This document shows positions 10,174 to 20,730 of a stretch of DNA of 64,000 bases, one piece after another. The DNA is taken from positions 104,333-168,332 of the IMG/VR virus record IMGVR_UViG_3300039183_000005, one strand, 5' to 3'. Source of the DNA: a virus. Numbering within the stretch: the stretch's first letter is position 1; each line of letters starts with the position of its first letter. The notes beneath the pieces are model-generated. The model had not been told where the DNA came from. It worked only from the letters and a program-made list of their open reading frames with translations, and did not search any database. A program made the position numbers and the translations under genes.

Positions 10174-11949
10174 TTATCCTTCTATGTCGCATATTCCACT
10201 CGGGCAATCGTTTATTGCCGCTTCTTCTTTCATCTGCTTTAGGTATTGTTTTGCTTTTTCTAGTGGTATTGGTACTAGCGGAGATTTCCCTCGACTGCCA
10301 TCTCTGTACACAGTAATTCCTTTGAGTTTACCAATATATTGTCTTATTTCTTTCGATAATTTTTCGACCGAATAATTAGCCGATAAATTAATTGTCTTTG
10401 ATATAGAATTATCCACATGTCTTTGACAAATAGCCTGCATTGCTAGGTGATCTTCTGGTACAATATCATGGGCACATTGAAAATGTTTTGTATCTCTATT
10501 AGTTTCCAAAAACTTTTTTAATAATGGATGCACTACCACTTCGACAGCCCCATCTCTTTTGCCGTTATTATGCATATCTTTATGTTTATTAAAACGCCGT
10601 TCATAAACTGGTTGAAACAATGGTTCTATGCCAGACGAACAACCAGCCATAATAGATGTTGTACCGGTAGGAGCAATGCAAAGTAAAGCGCAATTACGAA
10701 GACCATGTTCTTTGATAAGACGATGATGTCTTCGCGGAAGACATTTTTTAACAAACCCTGTTTTTATATGTTTGTTCGCATCAAATGCGTGAAATGATCC
10801 CTTTTCGATTGCCAAAGTAATACTTGCGTGATAAGCCTGTTTTTTTATAAAGTCCATCATTTTATCTACGATATCTCTTGCTGCTTGACTAGAATATTTC
10901 ATACCTAACTCTAATAGCATATCATGAAGACCCATCACCCCAAGACCAATACGACGATGGTTTTCTGACGTTTCCTGAATAACTGGAAGTGGATAATTAT
11001 TTTGATCTAATACGTTATCTAAAAATCGCACACCCATGGCCACTGTTTCTTCTAATAAATCCCAATCAATTTTACCATTAATAATATGTGTATGAAGATT
11101 AATTGCCCCAAGGCAACAACATCCATATTCTTCCAAAGTTACTTCGCCACATGGATTAGTTGAAGAAAATTCTCCACCTGATACATAAGCAATTGTGTTT
11201 TGTTCATTGATCAAACTAACATTCAAAAATCCAGGATCACCATTTCTCCATGCATTTTGAATAATTTTATTCCAAATATCTTTAACTTCAATTTTCCCTC
11301 TTTCTTCTCCATGCCACCTGAAAACTATTTCACCATCCTCATCCAACAGTTTAAGAAATTCATTGTCAATAAGTACAGAAATGTTGGCATTATTCAATTC
11401 TTTATTGTCAAGTTTTGCTTCTAAAAATTCCAACAAATCAGGGTGTCTCCAATCCAAACAATAAAGTAGAGCTGATCTCCTACCTCCTCCCTCCCTCAAC
11501 TCATTGCAAATACCATTAATTGCCCTCATTAAACTAACTGAACCAGTAGCCTCACCGCCCGTACCTCTGATTTTAGTACCTCTTGGTCTTATTTTCGAAA
11601 AATTAAGTCCAACGCCGCCACCGGTGCCAGAAATAATAGTGACATTTCGTAGAGCATCCCCCCATCCTTCTCGACTATCATTAACAGGAATCACAAAGCA
11701 ACCAAGCATTTGTCCTCTTGGTCGTCCAGCGCCTCTCCAAATTCTACCGCCAGGAGAGAAACGATTTGTTTGTAATATGTCTAAAAATCTCGTAAAATAT
11801 TCATCTCGCTTAGTTCCCATCTCTGCATCTGCAATCGTACGAGCGACACGTTCACATGCTTGGGAAAATGTTTCTTCTTCGTGAATAGCGTATCTATCTT
11901 GAAAAATCTTTAAGGCAAATCCTTGCGGTGAATATTTTGCGATACTCAA
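10174..11949 (-). CDS. nrdJ: Class II (B12-dependent) ribonucleotide reductase
   Basis: GCFV; TNPCGE; CCLGAINL; IAPTGT; KGITVYRDGSR; C-terminal CPSGIC; no beta subunit nearby. Confidence 0.88.
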   Translation of the reverse strand: MSIAKYSPQGFALKIFQDRYAIHEEETFSQACERVARTIADAEMGTKRDEYFTRFLDILQTNRFSPGGRIWRGAGRPRGQMLGCFVIPVNDSREGWGDALRNVTIISGTGGGVGLNFSKIRPRGTKIRGTGGEATGSVSLMRAINGICNELREGGGRRSALLYCLDWRHPDLLEFLEAKLDNKELNNANISVLIDNEFLKLLDEDGEIVFRWHGEERGKIEVKDIWNKIIQNAWRNGDPGFLNVSLINEQNTIAYVSGGEFSSTNPCGEVTLEEYGCCCLGAINLHTHIINGKIDWDLLEETVAMGVRFLDNVLDQNNYPLPVIQETSENHRRIGLGVMGLHDMLLELGMKYSSQAARDIVDKMMDFIKKQAYHASITLAIEKGSFHAFDANKHIKTGFVKKCLPRRHHRLIKEHGLRNCALLCIAPTGTTSIMAGCSSGIEPLFQPVYERRFNKHKDMHNNGKRDGAVEVVVHPLLKKFLETNRDTKHFQCAHDIVPEDHLAMQAICQRHVDNSISKTINLSANYSVEKLSKEIRQYIGKLKGITVYRDGSRGKSPLVPIPLEKAKQYLKQMKEEAAINDCPSGICDIEG

Positions 11950-12584
11950 CTATTAATCCCTCCTTCTATGTGTATGCTTCCTGTGCTATCTTGACAATCG
12001 TATTCTGGTTGGTCTGAATTAGGTTGCTGCTTTAAATATGATGTGACTGCTTTCCGAAATGGTTTTATAAAATGATTATAATGTCGCTGATATCTGGTGT
12101 ATGATTGAGAGTCTGCAATTCGTAAAGCAAACCAATCTTTGATATTTACTGGTCCTACCTCTGCGACAAATTTTCGTATTGTTTTTTCTTTCATATCTAT
12201 ACTCACGTCGTACATATGTGTTCGAACCAAACGCATTATTTTATCTGTTAAATTTGCTGATGTTTTCCATTCTGCAAGTTTAACCTTCGCTATGTTGGTT
12301 GATTCTTCGGCATGACCAGGAAATCTCGACTTAGAATTATCATCAATCATAAATACTTTACACTTACCTAGATCATGAAATAAGCCAGACAACAAAGTGA
12401 CTGGGGTTTTAGGTTCGATTAAATCTATAACCAACATTGTATGTTCCCAAACCGATTGGCCATTTTGTTGAATAATCGAACGACTATTTTCCAGCTCTGG
12501 GAATTCTATATTAGATGTAATCCAGTAATCACTAGGTAAATCCGAAGTTGTCATTCCATTAATAATTTCGTCTATTTTGTTCAT
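11946..12584 (-). CDS. HD-domain phosphohydrolase, resembling the HD domain of CCA-adding enzymes
   Basis: VWEHT..V; LFHDLGK; FPGHAEES; HM..; AD. Confidence 0.8.
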   Translation of the reverse strand: MNKIDEIINGMTTSDLPSDYWITSNIEFPELENSRSIIQQNGQSVWEHTMLVIDLIEPKTPVTLLSGLFHDLGKCKVFMIDDNSKSRFPGHAEESTNIAKVKLAEWKTSANLTDKIMRLVRTHMYDVSIDMKEKTIRKFVAEVGPVNIKDWFALRIADSQSYTRYQRHYNHFIKPFRKAVTSYLKQQPNSDQPEYDCQDSTGSIHIEGGINS

Positions 12585-13432
12585 TGACGAGATACCATAT
12601 TTTGATTTATAAAATCTTTTGCCACTCCGACAGAAATAGCACGTGCTAAGTGCGGAATAATTTGGCCATTACCAGCAACAACAACTCTAAATGGAATACC
12701 AATCATATAATAATGTTCATCATATTTTTTAAATAATCCACCACCACTTGATCCTGGAGTAATTTGGGCTGTGTTACCATAAATAGTCCATTCTTTTTCA
12801 TTATTTTTCCCCGTAATTATTTGTGAGATAATTCCAGTTGTTGGTATAGGGCCACGTCCAAGCTGGCACCCTATTGCAAATACCTCATCGAAAACACGTA
12901 CTTTATTAAGCATATCTTCGTCTGCGATTTTGGCTACTGCAAATTTATATTGAGCACGAAATGATAATAGTGCAAAATCATATTGCTTGTCCTCAGCAAT
13001 CACTACTGCGTCATAGTGAAACAAATTTAAATTTGTGTGATCGAAAGCTGTTATATTGCAACCAGTATCTATTTTTTTTGTTTCTATGACACCTGTTAGT
13101 GAATTAACTTTTAGTAGAATTATCATAAATCTACTATTGGTAATATGGGCGTTGGTTAGCACAATGTATTCAAATGTTTCATCGATATCTGTTGTAAAAC
13201 AATTAATAATAATTCCAGAACCACTACCAATACGAGTGCGCACTGAGACTGTTGTATCTCGCATTTCCAGTTGTTTAAGTGCTATTTTGTCAATTTTTAT
13301 GGAAGTTTTTGTTGTATTATTTTTGTTAACACCAGCTTTGGTTATAGTGATAGAACCAATATACAAAAATATGCCTAGAATTAATATGAAACTTATATAC
13401 CACTTTGATCTATTCATAATGTTTATCCCCAC
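12581..13432 (-). CDS. Exported or membrane-anchored trypsin-like serine protease
   Basis: N-terminal hydrophobic segment; GSG, LTNAH, DFALL and PGSSGG catalytic motifs. Confidence 0.85.
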   Translation of the reverse strand: MGINIMNRSKWYISFILILGIFLYIGSITITKAGVNKNNTTKTSIKIDKIALKQLEMRDTTVSVRTRIGSGSGIIINCFTTDIDETFEYIVLTNAHITNSRFMIILLKVNSLTGVIETKKIDTGCNITAFDHTNLNLFHYDAVVIAEDKQYDFALLSFRAQYKFAVAKIADEDMLNKVRVFDEVFAIGCQLGRGPIPTTGIISQIITGKNNEKEWTIYGNTAQITPGSSGGGLFKKYDEHYYMIGIPFRVVVAGNGQIIPHLARAISVGVAKDFINQNMVSRQ

Positions 13433-13487
13433 AGCAATAAAAATTAAAATATCAAATATTAATAATAATTATACAAAGTGTGTCAAA

Positions 13488-13934
13488 TTATTCAGAAAAT
13501 TCATCTACCGCAGTAAGTGCCCCGTCGATAGCAGAGTAAATTAGAGATATAACTAATTCTTGATTTTCAGTAACATCTATGTTGGCAGATCGTAAATATC
13601 TTTCAATAACATCGATAATTGTTAATCCATAAATTTGACATTCATGTGGAAGCATTTCGTAAACCAATTTTCTTGCACCAGCAAAATTTGGATTACCGGG
13701 CACCGCAAGCAAATCCCGCAAAGCAATTAAATATTTTTTAATTAGTTCTATATCATCTGGTGTTATTTCTGACTCAGTTAATGCTATACGAGTTGCTATT
13801 TTTGAAAACATGTTGATATCAATCTTAAGCTGTGCGACATTGTTTTGCCATCCATTATTATTGGATATAGCGCAACCAATTATTGGAACAGATATAAATA
13901 TTGATAAAACAAAAATAATCAGCCACTTCTTCAT
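13488..13934 (-). CDS. Putative lipoprotein
   Basis: MKK, a hydrophobic stretch and an IIGC lipobox-like site. Confidence 0.6.
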   Translation of the reverse strand: MKKWLIIFVLSIFISVPIIGCAISNNNGWQNNVAQLKIDINMFSKIATRIALTESEITPDDIELIKKYLIALRDLLAVPGNPNFAGARKLVYEMLPHECQIYGLTIIDVIERYLRSANIDVTENQELVISLIYSAIDGALTAVDEFSE

Positions 13935-13996
13935 TTTTTACACCTTCCTATTAATTAAGCAATAGATTAACTCACTAAAAATTTATACACAATATA

Positions 13997-14326
13997 TCAA
14001 TCATTTGGTTGATTTCTTTGCCACCTTTCACGACGTCTGTTCTTGGCTCGTTGATTTTCATTTTCTTCTTTTTGACGACCATATCTCCACGTACGTTTTT
14101 GTCGCTTTGTTCCACCAGGATTTATGGTTAGAGGATCAATCTGATAACAAGCTATACATTCAACCTCGCCACTTTTTGGATTTCTGTGGGCTTCCCTACA
14201 TATTCCTTTGCACTTTGACTTATAGCCATCCCCGCAAGCACATAAGTCTACACCCACCAACCGCCTAAGTCGTTCAAATTTCTTCTTTTCTCTCTTTATT
14301 TTATTGCGCCCTCTTTCATTAGCCAT
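13997..14326 (-). CDS. Hypothetical basic Cys-containing protein
   Basis: 109-aa ORF on the coding strand. Confidence 0.5.
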   Translation of the reverse strand: MANERGRNKIKREKKKFERLRRLVGVDLCACGDGYKSKCKGICREAHRNPKSGEVECIACYQIDPLTINPGGTKRQKRTWRYGRQKEENENQRAKNRRRERWQRNQPND

Positions 14327-14335
14327 AATTCATTT

Positions 14336-14842
14336 TCACCTCACAACACATACACGTCTCATTTTTCCAATCGCCCTTTCTCGAATGCGACATACTGTGG
14401 ACGGAACGATATTTTGTTCAAGTGATACTTCCCTAATAGTTTTATCACCAAAAAATAGCCCATAAATTATAGCTCGCTCATTGTCGCTAAGAAATGATAT
14501 TAATTCCTCCACCATTATGCGCATATTTACATCAACGACAGGACTGGCTATGTCAAAAGCAGAATCAATTGATACAATTTGGATACGTTTGGCCCTTTTT
14601 TCTGCGTCTAACATATGCATAAATAAACCATGTATTCTGCCATAAACAAAAGTTAAAAAAGAACCGCCTTGGCAATAACAAATCATACATTTTAATAATT
14701 CATCATTAGCTTTTGCTCTAAATTCTTCTGCCTGCAATCGATTAGATGCAATTCGAAATGCCAATTTGTTAATAAGTGGAGCATATTGCGAACAAGCAAA
14801 AGCGAAATATTGCTTTGTTATACGACGTTGTTGTTTTATCAT
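14336..14842 (-). CDS. Sigma-70-like factor (regions 2 and 4)
   Basis: Y.PLI.KLA; FLTFVY..I; region-4 HTH LSDNERAII...KTIREVS...PSTVCRIRERAIGKMR. Confidence 0.75.
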   Translation of the reverse strand: MIKQQRRITKQYFAFACSQYAPLINKLAFRIASNRLQAEEFRAKANDELLKCMICYCQGGSFLTFVYGRIHGLFMHMLDAEKRAKRIQIVSIDSAFDIASPVVDVNMRIMVEELISFLSDNERAIIYGLFFGDKTIREVSLEQNIVPSTVCRIRERAIGKMRRVCVVR

Positions 14843-15528
14843 ATTTTAAATCTCTTATTAATGTTTTGTTCCATTCGTGGAGTCCATATTCCGTCAATAA
14901 GCCCTATTTTAATTGCCTGTCTAGGAGACATCCATTCGGTTTCATTCATTAGTTTAGTCAATTGTTTAACTGTTAATTCAGTTCTTCTAGCTAATGATGC
15001 AACTTTTCGACTATAATCTTCTTCTACATGACCTGTCATCTTCGAATGTCTTTCGATTGATTCTGTCTGATTTTGTATAATCACTGAATGCAACATCATC
15101 GATGAATTTGTTGTAGCATAACGACAACCTTTTGTTCCGAATGCTGCTATCATGGCTGCCATTGAATGAGCTTGACCACGAACAATTGTATATATAGGAC
15201 AACTACACGCTAACATTTGATCAATAATAGCATAGCCAGATGCCATACAGCCACCAGGGCTGTGAATATATATATATATTGGTTCTTTTAGTAGCGAAAA
15301 GAGTTGTAAATAATTACAAATATGCGTAGATGTTATTTCATTAATTTCGCCAACAATAGAAAGCCTGCGTGTCCTTACAAGAAATTCTTCAATTATTTCA
15401 TCGACACTAATTGGGATTGATGAATTTGTGTCACTTTCATACTTGTCACAATACTCATGATCATCTTGATTTTTACCTTTATTAAACTTCACTTTTGTCT
15501 CCAAATGGGTGATATTTTTTATGGACAC
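14839..15528 (-). CDS. clpP: ClpP-family protease subunit
   Basis: YIHSPGG; GQAHSMA (Ser); MMLH (His); WMSPRQAIKIGLID. Confidence 0.9.
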   Translation of the reverse strand: MSIKNITHLETKVKFNKGKNQDDHEYCDKYESDTNSSIPISVDEIIEEFLVRTRRLSIVGEINEITSTHICNYLQLFSLLKEPIYIYIHSPGGCMASGYAIIDQMLACSCPIYTIVRGQAHSMAAMIAAFGTKGCRYATTNSSMMLHSVIIQNQTESIERHSKMTGHVEEDYSRKVASLARRTELTVKQLTKLMNETEWMSPRQAIKIGLIDGIWTPRMEQNINKRFKI

Positions 15529-16366
15529 CTATAAGTTTATTACTATCTATTGCAAGATAAGTTTGTGTTGTCGATAAGTATTGATGGCCCAACAGGGCTT
15601 GTATTAGTTCTAAATCTATATTGCGATTCATTAATTCTGTTGCACAACTTCTGCGCAACATATGTGCTGTAGTATGTCTTATGCCAGCCCGACGAGAAAT
15701 AGATACTAACATATCGCTGATAGCGCGACGTGTCATTCGTTGTCCGTTTGATTTTACGAATACCGCAGTGGTTTTTGATTGACGGCCAGAATTTAAATAC
15801 AATTTAATTGCTTCGGCACATCGCCAAGTTGTCGGAACCACCCTATCTCGACCACCCTTACCACGAACACGTATTTCACGTTTATTCAGATTAACGTCTT
15901 TGATATCTAAATTACACAATTCAGATACACGAAGACCACTGTGGTACATAGTTAATATAATAGCGATATCACGGCGAATGTTAGTTGTTCTGCATGTGGA
16001 TAAACGCTTTTCCACAGTGGCCACAAGAATATCCACATCTTTAGAATCCAATGCATTTGGTATTCTCCTGTTTATACGTATTGAGTCTATAGCATCGATG
16101 GTTCGAGAACTTAATAAGCCAAGACTTATGAGATGATGATATAAACATCTTATCGACATGCATTTTCTGCGAATTGTTGTTGGCTTATATCCAAGACTGC
16201 GAAGATGGCCCATAAAAGTTTCCACTAGTTGGGCAGTCAATTTTTGTGTTCCGCTAAAGTCGAGAAATTCTTTGGCATCTTTTGTGTACGCAGATAGCGT
16301 TTCCTGTGTCAAACAAAGTTCAGTACGAATGTATGTTTCAAATCCATCCATAATTGCTGTGGACAT
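15482..16366 (-). CDS. XerC/D-like tyrosine recombinase
   Basis: SGLRVSEL; GKGGRDR; HMLRRSCAT; LLGH..LSTTQTY (full catalytic set). Confidence 0.92.
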   Translation of the reverse strand: MSTAIMDGFETYIRTELCLTQETLSAYTKDAKEFLDFSGTQKLTAQLVETFMGHLRSLGYKPTTIRRKCMSIRCLYHHLISLGLLSSRTIDAIDSIRINRRIPNALDSKDVDILVATVEKRLSTCRTTNIRRDIAIILTMYHSGLRVSELCNLDIKDVNLNKREIRVRGKGGRDRVVPTTWRCAEAIKLYLNSGRQSKTTAVFVKSNGQRMTRRAISDMLVSISRRAGIRHTTAHMLRRSCATELMNRNIDLELIQALLGHQYLSTTQTYLAIDSNKLIGVHKKYHPFGDKSEV

Positions 16367-16382
16367 TACAATTTCTCATTCT

Positions 16383-16409
16383 ATTATACGAACAACCGGG
16401 GTGTTTGTT
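16383..16409 (-). promoter_or_regulatory. Putative phage-specific promoter AACAAA-N15-TATAAT inside an imperfect inverted repeat
   Basis: Minus strand AACAAA CACCCCGGTTGTTCG TATAAT; plus strand tatacgaacaa...ttgttccgtata. Confidence 0.7.
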
Positions 16410-16430
16410 CCGTATATTTTCTTTTTTTCT

Positions 16431-17258
16431 CTATGCTCTACGGTAAATCGATTCAATTCCTTTTGTTCCATCGTCTAACACAACTTCTTTCATTCCATGA
16501 ACAAAAAGCGGAGCTTTATCTTGTAAAATACGAAACACTTTAACCGCTAATTTTCTAATTTCAACATCTGCTGCTGGATTTGCTCGAAGTTCTATAAGAT
16601 GACGAACCGCCCTAGCATTCATTGTAACACCGATTTTAGTTTCTGTCGCATTCGGAAGTACCGATCTTGCAGCTTGACGAGCTTTCTTTCTACGCTCAAG
16701 CTTACTCGAAATATCGGCATACATATCAGATAATTTACTGGTTAATTCTTCGTAAAGTTGCTTTGATCGTTCGCAATGCTCTGTCCACTCGCGATATGCA
16801 TCTGGGTCTGCTTCCGCCAACTCTTGAATCGCTGGCGGAATTATGAAGGATACGTTGGATGAATCTACATAACGCTGACTTAATTGTGAGTATCCAACTC
16901 CTATTCGATGCCTTACTAGTTCGTGTGTTAAACTTCTACTTACATTCCATATCGCGAAATTAAATGTCGCATGTTCAAGGCAGGCACCATGAAAAGACTC
17001 TATAAGATTTTTAACATGATCATCATGACATCTCCCCTTTGCTGTCTCGCCCTTTTTCGGCCAAGACTGGTAACACATTCTACCGTTAAATTCTACTAAC
17101 CATTCTCCATCATTGTCCCCAAGACTCATCATAGATTTTATATTGTCTTCAAATTCTTTCCATTCATATCCATGTTCATCAAGGAATTTCATAATTCCAT
17201 CAATTTCGATAATAGGCTTCCCTATCATTTCTACTCTTGGTTCTGTTACAAAAGACAT
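16431..17258 (-). CDS. thyX: Flavin-dependent thymidylate synthase
   Basis: GRMCY; SRSLTHELVRHR..YSQLSQRY; ARSVLPNATET. Confidence 0.95.
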   Translation of the reverse strand: MSFVTEPRVEMIGKPIIEIDGIMKFLDEHGYEWKEFEDNIKSMMSLGDNDGEWLVEFNGRMCYQSWPKKGETAKGRCHDDHVKNLIESFHGACLEHATFNFAIWNVSRSLTHELVRHRIGVGYSQLSQRYVDSSNVSFIIPPAIQELAEADPDAYREWTEHCERSKQLYEELTSKLSDMYADISSKLERRKKARQAARSVLPNATETKIGVTMNARAVRHLIELRANPAADVEIRKLAVKVFRILQDKAPLFVHGMKEVVLDDGTKGIESIYRRA

Positions 17259-17274
17259 ATTGTTCTCCTTTCGG

Positions 17275-19282
17275 TTATATTTGTTTTTTTTTCTTGGTTT
17301 TATATGCTTTTTGATTTTTAATAGCTTTTTCCAACAAACGAATCATTGGTACTACTTTTCTGTGATCAAGTGCTAAGCCATATTCTTTCGAGCAACTACC
17401 CAATGGACATTTTTTGCATTCTTTGTGTAGATAATGCTGACACAATGCACAGGATTCGTCGTCTATCGTTAAACCATCATCATCATCATATATTTCAAGT
17501 CCGCTAAACTTAACATTATGTTTCTTTCTATTTCGATATAATAGCCCCCTCCATTTTCTAAGAGAATGTTTCAATGCAAATCTTTTTGATACTTCGTACG
17601 CTGGTGTTTTATAAAATTCTTTTTTCCATGAATCTAAACTCATTTACTTATCCTTTCTCAATTCTTTTAACATTTGACGCTTTTCTTCTTCGACTTTGTC
17701 CAAATCTATATTGAAAAACTCTGCCAAAAGTTTTTCTGTATTCAAATACGTTGGACTATATTCCATTTCATCCTCACCATCTATCAACTGACATATGGTC
17801 ATTTCTTTAATATTTTGTAACCATTCCAAAAACTCACCAATTGCTTGAGACTTATCTTTGATAGCCACCATTTTTTCACATTCTGGATATTTGTTTTTCA
17901 TTTTTTTCTCATTAATCCGCTATATATCCACCACAAGTTGCCAAGAACAACTGCCAATTCCTTACCCATTTTATAAATTCTTCTGGTGTGCCACCCCATA
18001 GATGGTTAGCCTTATCCAAAACCTTCATTATTATTTCATCTGTGGTTCCAGCTATTTTGTCGGCTGTTGTCGCCGACATATGTTTATCCATTTGATATGG
18101 TACCCGGTGCCAGCCCTCCAACTTTCCTGTTTCTGGACAGGTAGGTAACCCTAGATGTTCATGAAGTATTCCCAAGAGATCGCATCCGCATACATTTGCA
18201 TCCCAACTACCATCGTCAAATTGAGACGAACAATGTGGTTTATTTTTTAAAATAGAACGATACGTTAAACTCATTTGATTTCCTTTCTAATATTTCGTAT
18301 TGTTGTTCCAATTAAATCTCGTCGTGCTGGTTGATTATCCAAATAATCATCATAACGATCAATTTTTCTTATGAATTCTTTAAGCTTTATTTGTTGAGAA
18401 CATAACACTATAAATCCAAACATATAGTTGTGCGGAACATCATTAGGCAATTTTTTAATTTTCATTATTTCATTTTGCCAACCTTTTATATAATATCCAT
18501 CTGGATACTTGATGTCAACAAAAAAATATCTATCTATATATGGTATTTGGCGATATCTAATTCTAAAATAATATCCATTGATACTTTTTAATATCATAGT
18601 TGGTGGTTTCATTTTTGTTTCCTAAATTCATTCAACAACTGTACTTTTCTTTCAAATTTATTATTTAAAATCCATCGAAATTACGATCGTATTTTTCTAT
18701 TTTATCGAAAAAATCGTATAACTCTTTATACCATTCTACATGAATAAATGATAACAGTTGACATAAGATTGATAAATTGCATTTACTCATATCAATTATA
18801 GATAATTCGTTAATATATCTATTTCCATCATTAATATCTATAATTAAAAGTCTATCCAATTTATTGCGAATTCTATACCTCAATCTAAATCTTCCTCTAA
18901 CCATCGTTGGTGCTCTCATCAAAGTTTAACTCCTTAATTATTTTTCTATTTTCATTTGTTTTAAGTCGATTTGTTCAATATTTGACAACATTGTTTTCAT
19001 CTTATTTATTTCTTTTTTAAGTAAACCGATACAATATCGCCTTGCTAATTCTGGATTTTTATATACAAATTTTTTAGTTTCTGGCGCAGCAAAATCTTGA
19101 TCGTCAGTACCAATCATAATTGTAGTAGTATTTGAATAATATCTTTTTGTAATGCCAACTACCCCACTTAACCTTTCAAACGATCGACAGCGTATTTTAT
19201 ATATTTTGCAACTACCTAACCAATAGCTTACCCAATAATAAACGTTTCCTTTTTTTATTTGATATCCATCTTTGGTTTTCAT
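17275..19282 (-). other. Six small hypothetical genes (17275-17643, 17644-17901, 17912-18274, 18271-18612, 18665-18922, 18938-19282)
   Basis: Contiguous coding-strand ORFs; no family recognised. Confidence 0.6.
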
Positions 19283-20730
19283 TTAATTTGATACTCCAGT
19301 TTAATACCACGAAACTCTCCGGGAGAAATTATCGCCAATTGATCTAATACTCTTTGTCTTAGACTAACGGCAATATCCAAAACAGTTTTCAACTCATTTG
19401 GTTTAATTGTATCAACTCTCCTGTGCGGAAATATTAACTTTAACAATCCCGATCCTATTCGAATAAGTGATCTCTGATCTCTTTGACCCATTTGGCCAAA
19501 ATTAACGTTTTGTAATATTACGTTGGCATAATTACGTTTTCTCATTCTATGCATTACTTCCGATATATAATCAGCCATAAATCCAAAATCTTTTGCAAAA
19601 TTAACTTCCCTAATTGGCCCAATGCGCCATCCAGGAACAAATCCGTGTATCCGATCAAGAAACGCCCTATCTTGACTGACTATTTGAGGAAACGGAGAAA
19701 ATAGATTTCGATATCTTGCGGTAACTTCTCTTTTTTCTCTATTGCAATCAATATTACCAACAAAAGTAATGCTGCAATCAGATGCAAATTCGGCAGTTCC
19801 TCTACCAAACCTACCGCTATTCATAAAATCTTTCAATAAATCTATTAAATCTCCTTGTCCAGACCATTTATTGCCACCACGACTATTGGCAAATTCGTCG
19901 AAAGCAACAACATCTCGGTATCCTATTAATCCCAACCTATTACGAAGTTTATCGTAAAACAAAGAAGCAATGGTAGTTTGAGACCCAGAAATAACAAATC
20001 CGTAAGAGCTTAATGATTGATAGGCAAATGTCTTTCCAGTCATCGTAGGGCCTAGTTCAACCATATTCACATTAGATTCAATAAAAGGAATCATCCTTAC
20101 CATATACAACCATTTTTCTTCTTCAGAAAGATTGGTTGGATCAAACCCGATACTCGTTATCATTAAGTTGAGCCATTCTTCGTCTGAAAATTGTTCTCGA
20201 CGCTTAATCCATATATCCACATTGATATCGGTTATTTGTATTGGTTTAAATTCGGTCAACAAAAACGGATACAGTTTTTTCCTCATAACATAAGATTCGT
20301 CGTATACTATTTTAAAGATACCCCATGCTCCACTTGTTAATAACGTATCTCCGTATTCTACGATGAGGTGTGGATTGATGCGAACATACTGATTCCCTAG
20401 CGCCGTGACATCTACCCAATATTCATCCTTGCCTTCATCAAATCGACAACGGATACGACCAATCAGGGTGTACTCCCCCTGCTCCCTGATTCTGCTCTTA
20501 ACCAATTCCTTTTTGTCAGACTCCATGAAATGCGCATCGAGAAGTTGGCTGATTTTTTCCATGCCAGGAGTGGGGTTTTCAGGGTTGACAGCTTCCGAAA
20601 TCAAATAGTCGACCACGAAACTTGGGAGCTTACGAAATTGTTCGTTAAGACAGCCCAAACTTTTGTCTATTATGATCCCGTGTTCAGGGAAAACCTCAGA
20701 AGCCTTTTGTTTCGCTGTAGTGACTGTCAT
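19279..20730 (-). CDS. BrxL-like MCM-type AAA+ ATPase without a Lon protease domain
   Basis: LPSFVVDYL (BrxL N-domain); NMVELGPTMTGKT; VAFDE; AFLDRIHGFVPGW; ends at 483 aa. Confidence 0.82.
   Translation of the reverse strand: MTVTTAKQKASEVFPEHGIIIDKSLGCLNEQFRKLPSFVVDYLISEAVNPENPTPGMEKISQLLDAHFMESDKKELVKSRIREQGEYTLIGRIRCRFDEGKDEYWVDVTALGNQYVRINPHLIVEYGDTLLTSGAWGIFKIVYDESYVMRKKLYPFLLTEFKPIQITDINVDIWIKRREQFSDEEWLNLMITSIGFDPTNLSEEEKWLYMVRMIPFIESNVNMVELGPTMTGKTFAYQSLSSYGFVISGSQTTIASLFYDKLRNRLGLIGYRDVVAFDEFANSRGGNKWSGQGDLIDLLKDFMNSGRFGRGTAEFASDCSITFVGNIDCNREKREVTARYRNLFSPFPQIVSQDRAFLDRIHGFVPGWRIGPIREVNFAKDFGFMADYISEVMHRMRKRNYANVILQNVNFGQMGQRDQRSLIRIGSGLLKLIFPHRRVDTIKPNELKTVLDIAVSLRQRVLDQLAIISPGEFRGIKLEYQIK

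Noticed and set aside
15482-16416. Prophage attachment site or host junction
   Set aside because: No host genes or flanking direct repeats are visible, so the recombinase alone does not show integration.
19279-20730. Complete BREX system
   Set aside because: Only the BrxL-like gene is present in the window.
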